DNA of 38,982 nucleotides, taken from NCBI GenBank assembly GCA_051942165.1, contig JAVECS010000027.1, forward strand, positions 1 through 38,982, in the 5' to 3' direction. The position numbers and the translations under genes are program-made. This document shows positions 1 to 13,188 of this stretch, one piece after another (position 1 is the stretch's first letter; every line of letters begins with the position of its first letter). Source of the stretch: Circinaria calcarea. Its lineage: Eukaryota. The notes beneath the pieces are model-generated. The model had not been told where the DNA came from and did not search any database. It was given only the letters and a program-made list of their open reading frames with translations.

Positions 1-2786
1 GTGCCTGCCACAACGCTATAGCTCATCGTCGTGCTCTGCGCTCCTGCGGCATTCATGCTCGAAACGGGACTGGTGGCCGTGGGAACTGCGTTGGCGTTGG
101 GGCTCGGAGATCCAGCGGCAAGACCGACGCTGGGACTAGCTCCTGGTGAGATAGCTGCAGCGGTTGTGAACTGGACTTGAGGAACGGTGACAACGGTACT
201 GATGGTTGAGAAGGTGCTGGATGCAGGGATGGTAGCACCTGCAGAGGGTCCGTTGGTGAAGGTACATGGGACGACAATGGTGGTAGAGAAGGTGATGGTT
301 GTTACTGGAACAACTGGTACGGGAGCTGGGGTTGATGTGGCGGGAAGGACGGCATTATTGCTGGAGGGTGTTACTTCTGGAGTTGAGGTCGCGGGAAGGG
401 CGGCATTATTGCTGGAGGGTGTTACTCCTGGAGTTGAGGTTGCGGGAATGGCGGCATTGTTGCTAGACGGTGACACTTCAGGTGCGGAAGAAACTGGCGT
501 CACAATTGAGGAGGCCGAGGATACAGACGAAGAGGGAATCGGTACCGAAGGAGCCACACTCGGAGTCAAGTAAAAAGAAAAGGATATGTGGGATGAAGCT
601 TCTGATGCTGAGTATGACGCTTCGGAACTTGAATAGACCGTAGGGGCAGAAGATGACTCTGGCACCGAGGGATAGGCGGGTACCGAAGATGAACCAGACA
701 CGTAAGACATCGATGCCGAGTAAGATACTACAGATACTGAAGGAGCAGCCGCAGTAGACGTGGGAACAGGTCCGGCAGGACACAAGGTAATGGTGGTCGG
801 CACATGGGTGATAACAGCAGGGTTCTGGGGGACGTATGCCGCGCAAATACCAACGAGGTAGGAAAGAGCAGACTGAATTTCGGTCTTATCAGCACCCCAT
901 GCTGAGACACAGTCAATGACATTTGTAGTGAAGTTTGCCATCTTGCAGAAACAATCCGCGTCAGAGTTGTCAGCGCACCCGGTGTATGGGATCCAGGTCT
1001 TGAGACATTTAGGCAGGACATCAGGGCAAGGTGCTGATGGTGCAGGTGCAGGCACGCCGGAGGACGTTTGTGATAAAGGTGCGTTAGCAGATGAAGCTGA
1101 GACGCTGACTATTGAAGGTACTGCAGTGGGGGTAGGTGCCACGCATTTGGTGCAAATCGTTGAGATTATGGTCGTAAAAACAGTTGAAGGTGACTGAGTC
1201 GTCTTAACAATTTGAGTCGTACCGGATGACACTGTCTCGGTTACAGCACAGAGAGTCACCGTCTGGAGGATGATTTCCGTTGTTACAATTTCCTGTGTTG
1301 TACCTGGTACTAGAGAGCTCGGTAACGACACAACAGAAGAGGTAGATGGATGTAGCGCAGCAGTGAAGCTTGAGGCCGGCACGGCTGACGTGGTAGCCGG
1401 TGGAGCAACGCACTTCGTGCAAACGGTCTTGGTACTGGTTATGTAGTAGGTGGATACGCTCTGGGTAGTCTGAACGATCTGAGTAGTACCTGAAGTCAAT
1501 GTCTCCGTGATTGGGCATATCGTGGTCGTCTGGTAAACGGTCTCAGTAGTAACCACTTCCTGTGTGCTGCCAGGTAATGAGGGTACCGGAACTGAAACAG
1601 GTGTTGACCCAGCTGCATTGTTCGAACTTACAGACTCTGGTGGAGATGAAGATACGTCCGTGGTGGAGTCTGAAGTTGCTGGGACTGACAATGGTGTTGA
1701 AGCCGCAGAAGAGGTCAGGACCGGACTCGATGGGACAGCGACAGCCGATGATGTAGCTGGCGTGGGTGTTGCGCTCGAGCTTCCTGGACCTGGAGAGACC
1801 GGGCAGACGGTAGTATAAGCAGATATGGTCGACGTTTCGACAATCGTGGACCCAACAGGACAATCTGTGATGGTGGAGGGGCATTGAGTCTTGGTTATCT
1901 CTGTGGTGATATAGACAGTCGAAGTAGTCAAGAGAACACCACTAGAATACAAAGAGCCAGCTGGTGGAGCCGAGATGGAGAGATTACCATAAGGAGAGCC
2001 TGCAGTTGATGTGCTCAGAACAGGGGCCGAAGTGGTACCCAAAGCCGCAACGGTAGAAGATACACTGGGAGCGGTGGGAGCATTCACCGGCGGTGTTGTG
2101 CTTGAAGGCTTTCCACATTCGAAGCCCACACTGTGAATGTTAATGGAACACTCCGCGTGTTCCGAATGATCTGGGAGTTTGAAAGTGACTGATTTGGCAC
2201 CTCCGCACTGGGTATTGGAGATGGTCGAACCGGACGCAGAGCATTTCGCGGTATGCTTGCAAGTAGAACCGTCGCCCATGCTATAAATGAAATCAAGCTC
2301 TGCATCGATCGATGAGACGACTTGCATGTCGGTAATGGAGAAAGAGTCATCAGATCTACACGAGATCTTGGGGCCGCTTTCTGCATTGGTGCCAACAGTT
2401 CCAGTGATGCATTTGTTCTACACAGTTGTCAACACTGTCAATGTCGTTTAAAAAGGAACCGGCACTCACTTGGAAGGTTCTAGGTAAAAGGACATCTCTT
2501 TTGCCGGCCGAGTCCGAGCATTTGAACCCGCTAAAGTCAAATCCACCATAGCTGCTAAATGCTCCATTGCTCAATCCGCTCCAGTCAAACCCACCCTCTT
2601 GATCCTCTGAGCATTTGTTATCGGTATTCGACGGGGAGGAGTATGTGTTCGCATCGGTCCAGCCCTAGTCTTCTGATTTAGCCATCTCTGCTTGCAAGTT
2701 GAAGGGGTCATATAGCTCACGGTTGCTGCAGCCTGCTGAACAGCCAGGGAGAGAGCAAAAAAGGCGGAAGCTGATGTGGTCCACAT
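1..2786 (-). CDS. MAD1: Secreted Ser/Thr/Pro-rich cell-surface adhesin with CFEM domain (MAD1-like), 3'-partial
   Basis: ATG at 2786. Exon1 2786-2721 encodes signal peptide MWTTSASAFFALSLAVQQAAAT. Intron 2720-2665 (gtgagc..tag); exon2 2664-2470 (GWTDANTYSSPSNTDNKCSEDQEGGFDWSGL...GKRDVLLPRTFQ); intron 2469-2418; exon3 from 2417 stays in frame to the window edge. Contains Thr-rich Cys repeats (TKTVCTKCVAP, TTVCPV) and a CFEM-like Cys module CPDVLPKCLKTW..CADNSDADCFC..VIDCVSAW..LVGIC at ~836-1030. The N-terminus resembles entomopathogen MAD1 from memory; not database-checked. Confidence 0.85.
331..483 (-). repeat. Intragenic 51-bp (17-aa) tandem repeat, 3 copies
   Basis: Units at 331-381, 382-432 and 433-483, encoding P(E/G)V(S/T)PSSNNA(A/V)(I/L)PATST. 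Confidence 0.9.
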
Positions 2787-5700
2787 AGTGGCAGTGTTGA
2801 GCAATTGTTCCGAGCGAGCGTGCTGATCCAACAGATCTTAAACGAATGCAAGGTATCAATCAATTGATAACGATAGAGAGCGTCAAGCCCAAAGGAACGA
2901 ATGACTTTGGGATCTTGAAGAAGACCAATGAAAGGAACGATGCAAGTCAACTGTAGCAAGAAAGCACAGGATAGATAGAGACATGAGGAAAGGAGATGGC
3001 CCAGGCATATAAACTCGATCAGTGACAATAGGGATGGGTTCCACGCGCGGCTCTTCTCCTGAATGAAAAAGGTCGGTCCACCATCCAAGAGACATGATTC
3101 GCCCGCTCGGAGGCCACTTTGATGACCGGTCGTGTTTCAAGGATAGCCCAGTGAGCACCTTCGCGCCCTCGACCGAGGCTGCCAAAGAAGCCGAAGAAGC
3201 CAATATGGATGAGAGCGAGCGTCTGAGGCCAAAGAGATGTACTGGGATTTTCTTGTCAAAGGGTCGGTTGGTGGTCGAGCTAAAGGTCATTGGCTGTTCC
3301 GACATCCACTCGGTGGAGAAACCGTATTCTGCACGTCGTCCTTTAGGTTCGGGAATATGCAGGTACACGCTTACTCCAGAAATCTGCCAAACCACATGAG
3401 GAAAGACTTAGCTGCCCTCATAGGTCCAATATTAATAGACATGCATTCGCTGGGAATGGAAGAGCGCGCCAAGTCTACACAATTCAATGTCTCCCATCGC
3501 GATCTTTACTGGCCGAAAGATAAGTAGGCCCCTAAGAGCCTCGCCTGGACAGGACCAACGGGCCACGGCTACAGAAGCGCCTTTAATTTGAGAGGGGCGG
3601 GTATTGGAGAATTAGACCAATCAACCCTGTGCACGCTAGGGTCATCCGAAACAACCGTCAGCTTACCATATCGATGGAGAAATGCAAAGTGGGCCAAGAA
3701 GACTTTATCCGGTTCGATTCCCCAAGTCACATGTTAACGTGTTGAGAATGGTCCCATTACCGTCCCGTGTCCTCGAGGCCCCAATACGATGCGCTGGGAT
3801 TTGATAGACCATCCCAGTGAACTTCGATGATGCCGGAGAAACCGGGCCAGAGACTCTCCTACCGGTTAGTGGTTGTATCGTACTCCTGACTATGCTGTGT
3901 TTTGCTTTTTGGCCCCCATCGGAGCGGTCTTTGCGTTCTCTCCGATACAGTGCCAAAAGAGTAATAGCGTCCACCAATATTCTGAGGCAACCTGAGATAT
4001 ACCCAAGTGCAATCAATTCAGACCATATTCTTCCGTTACAGAAGACAAAACGTTCTGGTTATGCCGTGAGATATAAGGTGCTTGATTTCCTCTATATGCT
4101 GCTACTTTGATAACATACAGACTGCTCTTCGTGGTGGGGAAGGTTTGAAGGATCCGTAACGGTTCTCCTCCCCTTAATTGAGTACCAAAGGGGTAGGCAG
4201 TCAACATTATATACAAAGATTTCCCCCGTCCCTCATATAGCCAGCGCAATTCCCCCGCAAAACAGAATAGGTAATGACCAACTCAAATTCTGACTTCACT
4301 AATTCCATGTTTACCTCCTCTATCGCGAGCTTCCAGCATTACACCTCAACAGAGCAGGATTTAGAGTTTGCATTTACTTTCTTCGCTGCATATCTGTTGT
4401 TCATGGTTATGCTGCAGATCTCCTTCTGGATTTGGGTGTTTGGATGAGAACCCTAGATTGCCAGTGGTGGATTTCAAGGCCCTACGCATAGCGGGAGAGA
4501 ATGGTGGAAAGATGTGGCTCCTTAGAGATGTCCCCGTATTCTGAGAGAAGCTCAGCTTAAATTATTGGAGTTGGTGAAGGAACGGGGCTTGAGGAGGCAC
4601 ATGTGCAGTTGGCATCTATTAAACCCCGGGGAAAGAGAGTAGGATTTACCGGGATCTCCATGAGCGGAGTATATTTTCCCAAGGGTCTTCATGCCCCAAA
4701 GCATATGGCTCTTTTATAAGTGTGTTCTACTCATGCAAGATTTAGATCCGGAAGGGAGAATGAAATGCAGTGGTCTTATGAATCACATTGCAAGCCACCG
4801 GGGAAAAAAACAAGAAGGGGGAGGGATGTACAACTGCTGTAACCTTGAGCTACGGTGACTCAGAGAAAAGGGTTGTATACAACGAGATCACCGGGGAAGG
4901 CGGGATATATCGCATATCCACTGGAAGAAATAGCGGAGGTTAGCAGAGTTGCACATTGAACGAGCGGATAACTGTCCCGTAAAGGGATGTCTTAGGAGCA
5001 TGGGGATTAGGAGAATGGAAGATAGCTAATTAGGATACACGTTTGAATAATATCACGGTAAATGATCTACCATCCCTGCAAACTGCAAAGTGCAAGCTGT
5101 GACATGACTCTAGTGTGAGCAGTGCTTATGAAAAAGCCAAAGGAGCAAACCAAAGACGTGAATTGTATAAAGTGTCAGTGAATGTGCATATTTCAGACGT
5201 ATTCTAAGAAACTAGTAGCAATCCCGTGGCTTCCACTCCCTCAATCCCTCGATAGGTAGCATCCACTATAAATGACTCTGTCTACACTCTAGACATACCC
5301 GATACAGCTGGCAGTATCCCATTTGTGATTCCAAATGGCTATTTCTGATTTGAAGGGTACCGCGTCTTCCACAACCGTTTCCCTGACGAATACGGCTTGC
5401 CTGGAACGTAACCTTTATCCCATGTTTGGCCCATGGGATTCCCCTCCTTGCCAATTCCATTTCCATTTACTCTTTTCATGACAGCACGAAACGCTCCTGA
5501 TCTAATCGGTCACAGGAAACCTGTCAGGACTGACCTCATATTAGTTCTGACGCAAAGGACTTGCCAAACGCATGATGGAGAGAAGCTTTGCAAGGACCAT
5601 AATGCCTTGTTCAAATGCTGGCGGTCGAACAGAAGGCGGGCAGTACCCTCTAACCAGTGTTTTTCCAATGTTCTTCCTTGCGTATAAGTCCTTCGTACGG

Positions 5701-7426
5701 TTAGGCAGCGACACACTGCCGTCAAACGGCCCAAGCTTCTCCAGACGATAGGGGTTAGTCTCCTGATCACGTCGACTTCCTTTCACCCACTTTCACCTCT
5801 CAACCCGTCTGTCAACTTCCGTCCCTCAAACACGACCACACAAATCGATCATTATTGCACCGCGAACGTCAGAGCACATCTCCTTTTGTAATCAGCCCCC
5901 ACAAGCTCAGTCTACTGAGCTCTTACCAAGTACCAGACCAAAGCGTAAGTTGGCCTGCTCTCGAATATGGCTTTGACTAACCTGTGCCAAGCCATTTCCT
6001 TTTTGTTGTCACAATGGACTATGCTCGTTTCAAACGCTTGATTCTGAATATTCTTCGAATTTCAGGAGGCAACTGGACTGGATTGGTCGAGATGCTTGAA
6101 AGCAACAGCAAGGCAGAAGCCACTTTTGACCGGGTAATGCACCAAGGATACGAGGATACTTGTTGGTGAATAACGCTGATGAACATGCAGGTGCCTGCTG
6201 AACACAGTTACGGCTGTTACCGTCGACGCTGTCGTGTATCTCCATACGCTCGGAGTCGCATAGCTCCTCACACTCGAGGTCGAGGCACAGTCATCGTGGG
6301 TGGCAAGTTAAAGTTCTCACTTGCTGAGACGAATACCACAAGTATCGACTACGAAGGATCTTTGAGATCCGTCTCGTCCCTCCCCGTCCGACTCGACCCT
6401 ACCCATACGGAGCGCCAGGGATTGATCCCTAGACTCAGAGTACAAGGACGTCTTTTTTCTCTGTTTCTTCTGTTCTCCGTTTTGGAGCTGTATTTTCCTT
6501 TCAGTCGTGAGGGCTTCAGAATGTTGGAGGAGGTAAGCCCCTGGACGATATGTAAGAATTGGATGGACCATAATATTTTCTCCCCTGTCCTGTTTGAATC
6601 TCCAATCAGGTTTGGGTCCATGGACATTGCATGACACATTTCTGCAGCTGCAGTCACACAACCTGGCGGTGAAGGAGCGCTTGCTGCCAATGGAGGGGCG
6701 GGGATGGTGGGAGGCAGGCCTTAGGGATCCACTCAAATTTTAGCGAGAAAGTCCCACTTCATATGGACGACATCCCCGTTCCACTTTTCCTTTCTTCCCC
6801 ATAACAGCAATTCCAGACAACGAAGTCGCCCTACAGAAATTCAAAAAAGTCAACAAGCATCCATTTAAACAACCATATCGTCGAGAAACCATGCCGCAGG
6901 CTATCGCTGAGCTGTAAATCCCCCGCTGGGGGGCATGCGTGACCAGCTCGTATGCCCTCCAGTCCGGCCAGCCCAACGAGAAATTTCAATCGACTTTCGA
7001 CGATATATTCCCCCTTCGATTGCTCGAATCACTGCCTGCTAGCAGTCGAATACGTACTGATCACAGCCGCAATTGATATTCTTCGGTCCTCGAGACTGAC
7101 GGGTGTTGGTGGCCCATAGCCTCGAATAGCATAGTAGCTTAACCCTCGAAAGAGATTTGATTCCCGGCGACGAGCACATACTTCCAAACCAAATTTAGGT
7201 CTCCATTGCCGAGGTCTGCTACCTGAAGCCCTTGGATCTACAGCATAAAATATTCCGCAATTCCGTTCACAACTGCACCTTCAACATTACAACCTTGACT
7301 TTCACTACATGACACTTGAAGACTCACCATCTACAGCACCTTGATCTCACTTGAATCATATTATCAATCCTCTCCAGAAAACCCTGTCGCAGGATCAAAG
7401 CGCCTTCTGCGCTCAACTTTTCCATT

Positions 7427-9584
7427 ATGTCGCAATACAATGCGATACCAACGAAGACAGCCAAATATCCAAAGTCGAACCTCTTAAGACACAAGCGCAT
7501 GCGGTCTACGAATCTTAAACCAAAGGGTGAGAAGATGTCTTCTGGGGCACCAGGGACAGGAGACCAGGGAAGTAACGAGGACGACAATGGTGCCGACAGC
7601 GCTGAAGAGGAAGCAAGTGATGAAGACGATCAGACGAAATCCTTTGCCCCGTTTGGCGAATACATCAATCAGCAGTGTCGTCAAACGGGGCTTAAATACC
7701 ATCCAAGTCCTTCACGCATGCGAACAGGTACAAAGAGAAGGCACAGTTCAAGCAGTGCAGAGGACTTGCATGGTGAACGTTACAAAAGGACCAACAAAGC
7801 CTTCAAGTCGCCTTCTGTCTTAGCAAAATCTGACAATCAGTCAGACGATGACTACAACGAAATCGACCTCATAACAGACTTGGATGAGGGTGAACCAGAT
7901 ATGGAAGAATTCGAGGAACGAGTCATCATCGATTCTGAGGAGGATGAAAAGAGTAATGCTGGCTCCCTTATAATCCCAAGTTGGCCAGAAAGCCTATCAG
8001 GGGATGAATGGCAAGGTTTCGACCTTGATAACTCCCTATTCTTGAGCGACGTACCGTACTTCGATGAGCAAATCGGCAGGACTGATCCTGATGTACTTGC
8101 AAACGAGGTTGCACTGTACAACGCCACATCCACTAACTACCGGCCATCGAGCCCAATACCACCTCGCCGCGTCCGATTTGTGGAAACCAAGCATCCCTCA
8201 AGTGCAAGTTCGGGCACATCAGATGTTGACCAAGACATTTTCCCAGACTTGTTCGTTCAACAGGATAGCTTGGACCCTACATTCCGACGGCTTATTGAAA
8301 ACGATCAAGATGCAGACACGCAGTCATTGATGGAAAGTGAAGGATCATACTGGGATCTCGGCGACAGTCAGGGGTATTCATGGGAAGATCACGGCTTTGA
8401 TAATGATCAGTCAAGCATTGCTTCTGGTAGCTCGAGCGGTTATGAAAGTGGGTAGTGCTTTATCGAGCACTGTGATGATCCAAGACTAACCAGTGCATCT
8501 TACAGCTGATGAAGGCGAGTCCGAGGGTGAGACAACCGACGAAGAGACATTGCCACCATCTACCATTACTCGACCCCAGTCACTGCTGCGGCTTAGTTCG
8601 GTCTCATCGTCACATGAGAGAACACCCCTAACTCCTTTATCAGCACCGATCCGTAGGGCGGCTCCTATGTCAACTTCGCAGCGCCGTGGACCACCTATGG
8701 GCATGTGGATCGCAGATCCAAAGAAAATAGTTGTCATCATCAACGCCAGTGGCAAGAACATAATCATCCACCCTACTCCACGCATCTCAAAAGTGGACAA
8801 TAGCTTGAGTACACTCGCAAGTAGTGGAAGTAACAGTGTTGTTAATGCGGCTTATTGTTATGGACTCACCGGTACGATCAATCCATTTGACGAAAGTGAG
8901 AGTGATCGCAGCTACCCATCCAGTCAAGATCTCAGGGGGCCTATGCTTGGAGCTGGCACAAATCCAATGATGCCTGGCCTTCTTCATGGTGGCCCTGGTA
9001 TGGAACACATCTTTGGCAGTCAGGCTGTCGGTCCACCAGAGGCTTTCTATCCTTTCATAAGTGTTGGTGAAGATGGATTACTTCTTGAAGAAGATGATGA
9101 CTATTACGCCGATGATTACGGTGAAGGTGATGAACACTTGAACATCGATGATTTTATCGACTACGGAGATGGTTCCTCGGATGTTAACGAAGAGCATGAG
9201 AAGGCTAACGATGACCTCACTTCGACCACCACGATCGATTTTGCAGCTTCGACACCCAAGTCTACTCCTGCTGAACCCACAACAGCAGCCGATCCAGTCC
9301 CAACGACGCAGGATTTCCTCCACCATCTCAATAGGAAGGGTGTTGTTGGTGCTTTCCGTAAGAACCACGACCATGTCAAGGCACGGATGCGCCAACCTAC
9401 GTCTACCACATCCACGTACGGATTACCCGGTGGAATCAAAGGTGGACGACAGGCTGCTGCAGATAAACCTTTGAGCCCTCTGAGGGAACGCAAAGCTAGT
9501 AAGAGCCTTGGCAAGAACACTAGTTCGTCTCTCCGCATCGAAGTAGATGCCAAAGGTTATAAGCGTGTGAAGCGTGATGTCTGA
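7427..9584 (+). CDS. Acidic, largely disordered nuclear protein, putative Ifh1/Crf1-family (FHB domain) transcription co-regulator, ~699 aa
   Basis: Two ORFs are joined by intron 8448-8505 (gtgggt..ctaac..cag), giving SSSGYETDEGESEGETTDEETLPP followed by GPPMGMWIADPKKIVVIINASG. This resembles the Ifh1 FHB segment (STDEDDNLPP...PPKLGTW..PFSIIDG). Stop TGA at 9582-9584. Start ATG uncertain. Confidence 0.75.
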
Positions 9585-10492
9585 TTGTGACTCTCGATTG
9601 TCGGTTCTTTAAGCAAAAAGTCTGCGTCGGGCACCCTCCAGGTGCATACACTTTGCGAACTGGTCTTTCGCATCGTACGAGTTTACGAGCCCCACGAAGC
9701 TACGATTCACCAAAGGTTGTGTAATCCTGTCTTTTGTTCCGGATTTGTTGCGATACGACATGGAACCGAATATGTTTTCGAACGTGTACTCGGGGCGGCT
9801 CTTTGCATAGCATATGGCGGCTTTTGCTGGTTCCTTCTACCTCCCTCGCCTTCCTGTATCTGTTCTGCCGTTGTGCTCCTCTCCGCTGGCACTTGTTGCT
9901 TATGTTGGCACGTTTGGCAGGGAAGGGGGGGGGGGCTTTCGTCTGGTTTTTTTTTTAAAAAAGATACCATAAAAGCGTGCTTCCTTTCCTTTCTTTTTCT
10001 TTCTGCTGCTCGGCCTGGCCATCTGTTTTAAAATAGACACAGATAGATGGGAGTTTGTTAATGCCAGACTCTTTTAAAAAAAATAAAAAATAGACTTTTT
10101 CCAAAATCCTCGTAATTTGCCAAAGACGATATATATCTTGTATCTACTCGAGGTGCCCCCCTCCGATTCGGAAGTGTGTAAAGGTAATAAATGGTTGGGT
10201 GGCCGGGGAGGGGGGGATTTTTTTTAAAAAAATAAAATAAAGTCTACTTGTAGTGGTTTAGTTTGCATGTCTTTCTTTGAAAAGAAAAGCTATTCAAACA
10301 TTGCTACTGTAAGATTATTCTTCGAAGCCGTGGGACGGAGGGTTTAGGCTCGGCACCACCACAGCCACAGTCACAATATGAGTTTATACCAAGTAAGTAA
10401 GGTATACAGCCCTGCCTACGGACGGATAGAATGCATACAATACATGTGCACATGCACACCTTTCTCCCTCTCCTTGTCCCTCTCCCTCTCCC

Positions 10493-12259
10493 TCAAAAGA
10501 ACCCATCCCCGCACTCGAGCATACTCCGACTCGCCACGTAGCTAAACCCCCCAAACGGGTTGCTCTCCTCGCCACCCACCCGCCACGGCACATCCCCCTC
10601 ATGAAAGGCCCGGACCGGACTAACCGCCAGATCGGTAAACTCGTTGGAAAAGTTCTCCGCCAGGGCGGGATCCGTGATCAGGGGCTTGATCGGCGGGTCC
10701 AGCTCCCTCTGCTCGAGCAACGTCCAGTCGATTTTGCGGAAGAAGCGGTGTTTCTTGATGGTGAGCATGTCGCGGGGCATACAGGCTCCGAGTCTCCGGC
10801 TCGGTTCCTTGCGCAGGAGCCGGGTGAGGATGTCTTTGGCGTCGGGGCTGAGGTAGTAAGGGAGCGAGAGCTTTTGTTTGAGGATCTTCTCTTGGATCTT
10901 GGCGTGGTTGTTGGCTTGAAAGGGTGGAGATCCGGTCAGGAGATCGTATCCGAGAGCGCCAAAGGACCACCAGTCGACGGCCATGCCGTAGTCTTGGCCT
11001 AAGATGACCTCGGGTGCCATGTATTCCATCGTACCCAGTATTGACCGGCAGCAGTCCTCGCCATCGACAGCGACTTTACTTAAGCCAAAATCGGTCAAGA
11101 GGAGGTGACCTTCCGAGTCTAGGAGACAGTTTTCCGGCTTCAGGTCGCGATAGACCACGCCGACCGTTTGATGGAGGTGTTCCAATGCCAGAACCATCTC
11201 TGCCATGTAAAAGGCAGCAGTATCTTCAGGGAACATGCGTTCGGTAGCCAAGTGCGTGAACAATTCACCTCCCTGCGCGTATTCGAGGATCAAGTACAGT
11301 TTTTCATGGTCTTGGAAGGCGTAGTAGAGCTTGACCACAAATGGATGGCGGTTGATACTCTCCAGGATGTTGCGTTCCGTCTTGGTCTGCTCTACCAGAC
11401 GTTTATGCACAACCAATGAGGCTTTGCGAAACTGCTTTTGCGCATAAAGCCGACCGGTGGATGATTGCTTCACCAAAAGCACAGTGCCATAGGTACCTTT
11501 CCCGAGACAGCTCAAGGGCTCAAAGTCTGTTGCTGTCATTTTCCTAGTCACTTCATCGACCATCATGTCTCTAGCTAAGCCATCCTCTTCATCCAATTCT
11601 GCATCACGACTAACAAAGTCCTCTTCCAAAGGCACCTCGTAACTTATCATTTCTGTCAAGTCCACGTCATTCGATATCTCGGATGTGACACTCGCGCTGC
11701 TCGGAGTTTCTGATCTCAGCTTGCTCTTATTCCTAATAACTGAAGGACGTCCAGGCACGGGTTCTAGGTCTAGCGCATCGAGCTGTTGTCGTAGCGCACT
11801 AATACCACCACAGGATGAAGTAGGCCGCATTGCAGGGCTACTGGTCACGCTTATCGCATCTCTCTTAAAGCTATGTATCGAAAAGTCTGAATCCTCATCA
11901 CCGGAGGCAGAGGGTGTGGGCGCGAAACCTCTTACGGTACTTAAAGCTGAAGCAGCAACAGCAGCTTTTTTGGCCTTCTTCTTTTTTCTGCCAGCTTTAC
12001 CCGTGGCAATAGTAGCTTTGGGTGTCGGATCTGCGATGTCCAAGGCATTCGCACTCACTTTGCGCCCTCTGCTGATGCTCCTCGAAGTCCTTGGTGTAAT
12101 TGCAATACTGATTGGAGGAGTGCTTGTGCGACTGAATAAAGTATGCTGTGAGGTTTCTGAAATGTCCGTATCACTAAATTCATTGGGCACACGCCTGAAA
12201 TCTCCGTTTCCCGGCTTATTCCCAGTGCTGATGTCGTCAAAAAGGATGAAGTCATCCAT
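10493..12259 (-). CDS. psk1: AGC-family Ser/Thr kinase, S6K-like (Psk1/Ypk3 type), 588 aa, intronless
   Basis: Motifs [43 protein letters not shown]-tail has PPIKP, NFS.EFT, turn motif AVSP and hydrophobic motif FGGFSY. First in-frame ATG is 12259 (the ORF track starts at an upstream TTG). Confidence 0.92.
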   Translation of the reverse strand: MDDFILFDDISTGNKPGNGDFRRVPNEFSDTDISETSQHTLFSRTSTPPISIAITPRTSRSISRGRKVSANALDIADPTPKATIATGKAGRKKKKAKKAAVAASALSTVRGFAPTPSASGDEDSDFSIHSFKRDAISVTSSPAMRPTSSCGGISALRQQLDALDLEPVPGRPSVIRNKSKLRSETPSSASVTSEISNDVDLTEMISYEVPLEEDFVSRDAELDEEDGLARDMMVDEVTRKMTATDFEPLSCLGKGTYGTVLLVKQSSTGRLYAQKQFRKASLVVHKRLVEQTKTERNILESINRHPFVVKLYYAFQDHEKLYLILEYAQGGELFTHLATERMFPEDTAAFYMAEMVLALEHLHQTVGVVYRDLKPENCLLDSEGHLLLTDFGLSKVAVDGEDCCRSILGTMEYMAPEVILGQDYGMAVDWWSFGALGYDLLTGSPPFQANNHAKIQEKILKQKLSLPYYLSPDAKDILTRLLRKEPSRRLGACMPRDMLTIKKHRFFRKIDWTLLEQRELDPPIKPLITDPALAENFSNEFTDLAVSPVRAFHEGDVPWRVGGEESNPFGGFSYVASRSMLECGDGFF

Positions 12260-13005
12260 GGCTATATCGGCTCTTGATCCCAACTATGAACAATCCAGTC
12301 TTGTCCAGGATTGAGCTCTAACCCCTAAAGTGTGCTGTGCAGTTCAATATGAAGCTCGAGCTTGTAGCGCCGGCTGGAGCAACAGAGGAGCGGAGTTAAC
12401 TTTCAAAGCCAGGTAGTCAACTTTTGTTGTGTAGTAAGGATGGCAACTTTGAGCAAATGCTGTGTCATATAAAGTGATCTGTTGTTTGGTGGCATAGTGT
12501 CAGTCACAGACTTGACAAACCCCTTGAGGTTTTGGGCTTACATGATGTACAGGCTGAGCGACCTAGTAACTGGATTACCGTCCGCCCAATCAGGACGGAC
12601 TATCTACCAGCAGCCAGAGACTTCGGTCGATAAACGATGTTTGTGCGCAAACCCCGAATGAAAGCGATACTCCAAACCGGCCAACGCAGCGTGATGGCGA
12701 TGCTGGCGATGAAATAAAAAAAGGTGAATGAGCTGAGCGGTTATATTGACCCATAGATAGTGATGATATTCGGACCCAGAAGGGGAACTAACGAATGAGT
12801 GTACAGGAAGTGGTAGAAGTTGTAGTTGCACAATGTTGGGTTTGAACAATAGAGAAATCAAAGGAGTCGCGATGTGGTCGATTAGGCTAACTTAGCTTAC
12901 TCCGTACTATTTTATGCATTAGGACCAATGCACAAATCAGGCTAGACCCCCGCATGCACGTGCTAAGGGTTTCACGATGGAATCTTCCGAGATCCAACCT
13001 TACTA

Positions 13006-13188
13006 CGGTGGCAGGCAAAACAAACCTTAGCGTCTTGGCTGACTTGGCCTTGCTGCTTTAATATAGCTAATAGATTACACCGCTGAATATCTGCGCTCGC
13101 ATAGTAAATTATATGGGTGGCCCTTTAATTTGGCAAGAGATCAACCCATGTGAGATCTGCAGCGCTAAGGTTTTTTTGCCTGCCACCG
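13006..13188. mobile_element. MITE, Tc1/mariner-type, 183 bp, TA target-site duplication
   Basis: Left TIR cggtggcaggcaaaacaaaccttagcg (13006-13032) is the reverse complement of cgctaaggtttttttgcctgccaccg (13163-13188) apart from one indel. Flanked by TA at 13004-5 and 13189-90. No coding capacity. Confidence 0.85.

Noticed and set aside
53..2395. Many short ORFs on both strands over the adhesin
   Set aside because: Antisense or off-frame shadows of the single long minus-strand exon, which the ORF track omits because it has no stop in the window.
2883..5300. ORFs of 80-170 aa upstream of the adhesin
   Set aside because: No recognisable motifs, overlapping on both strands; most simply a long promoter/intergenic region.
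9920..10245. Recurring G-run / T-run / A-run blocks between converging genes
   Set aside because: Low-complexity 3' UTR/terminator sequence; no defined TIR or TSD.
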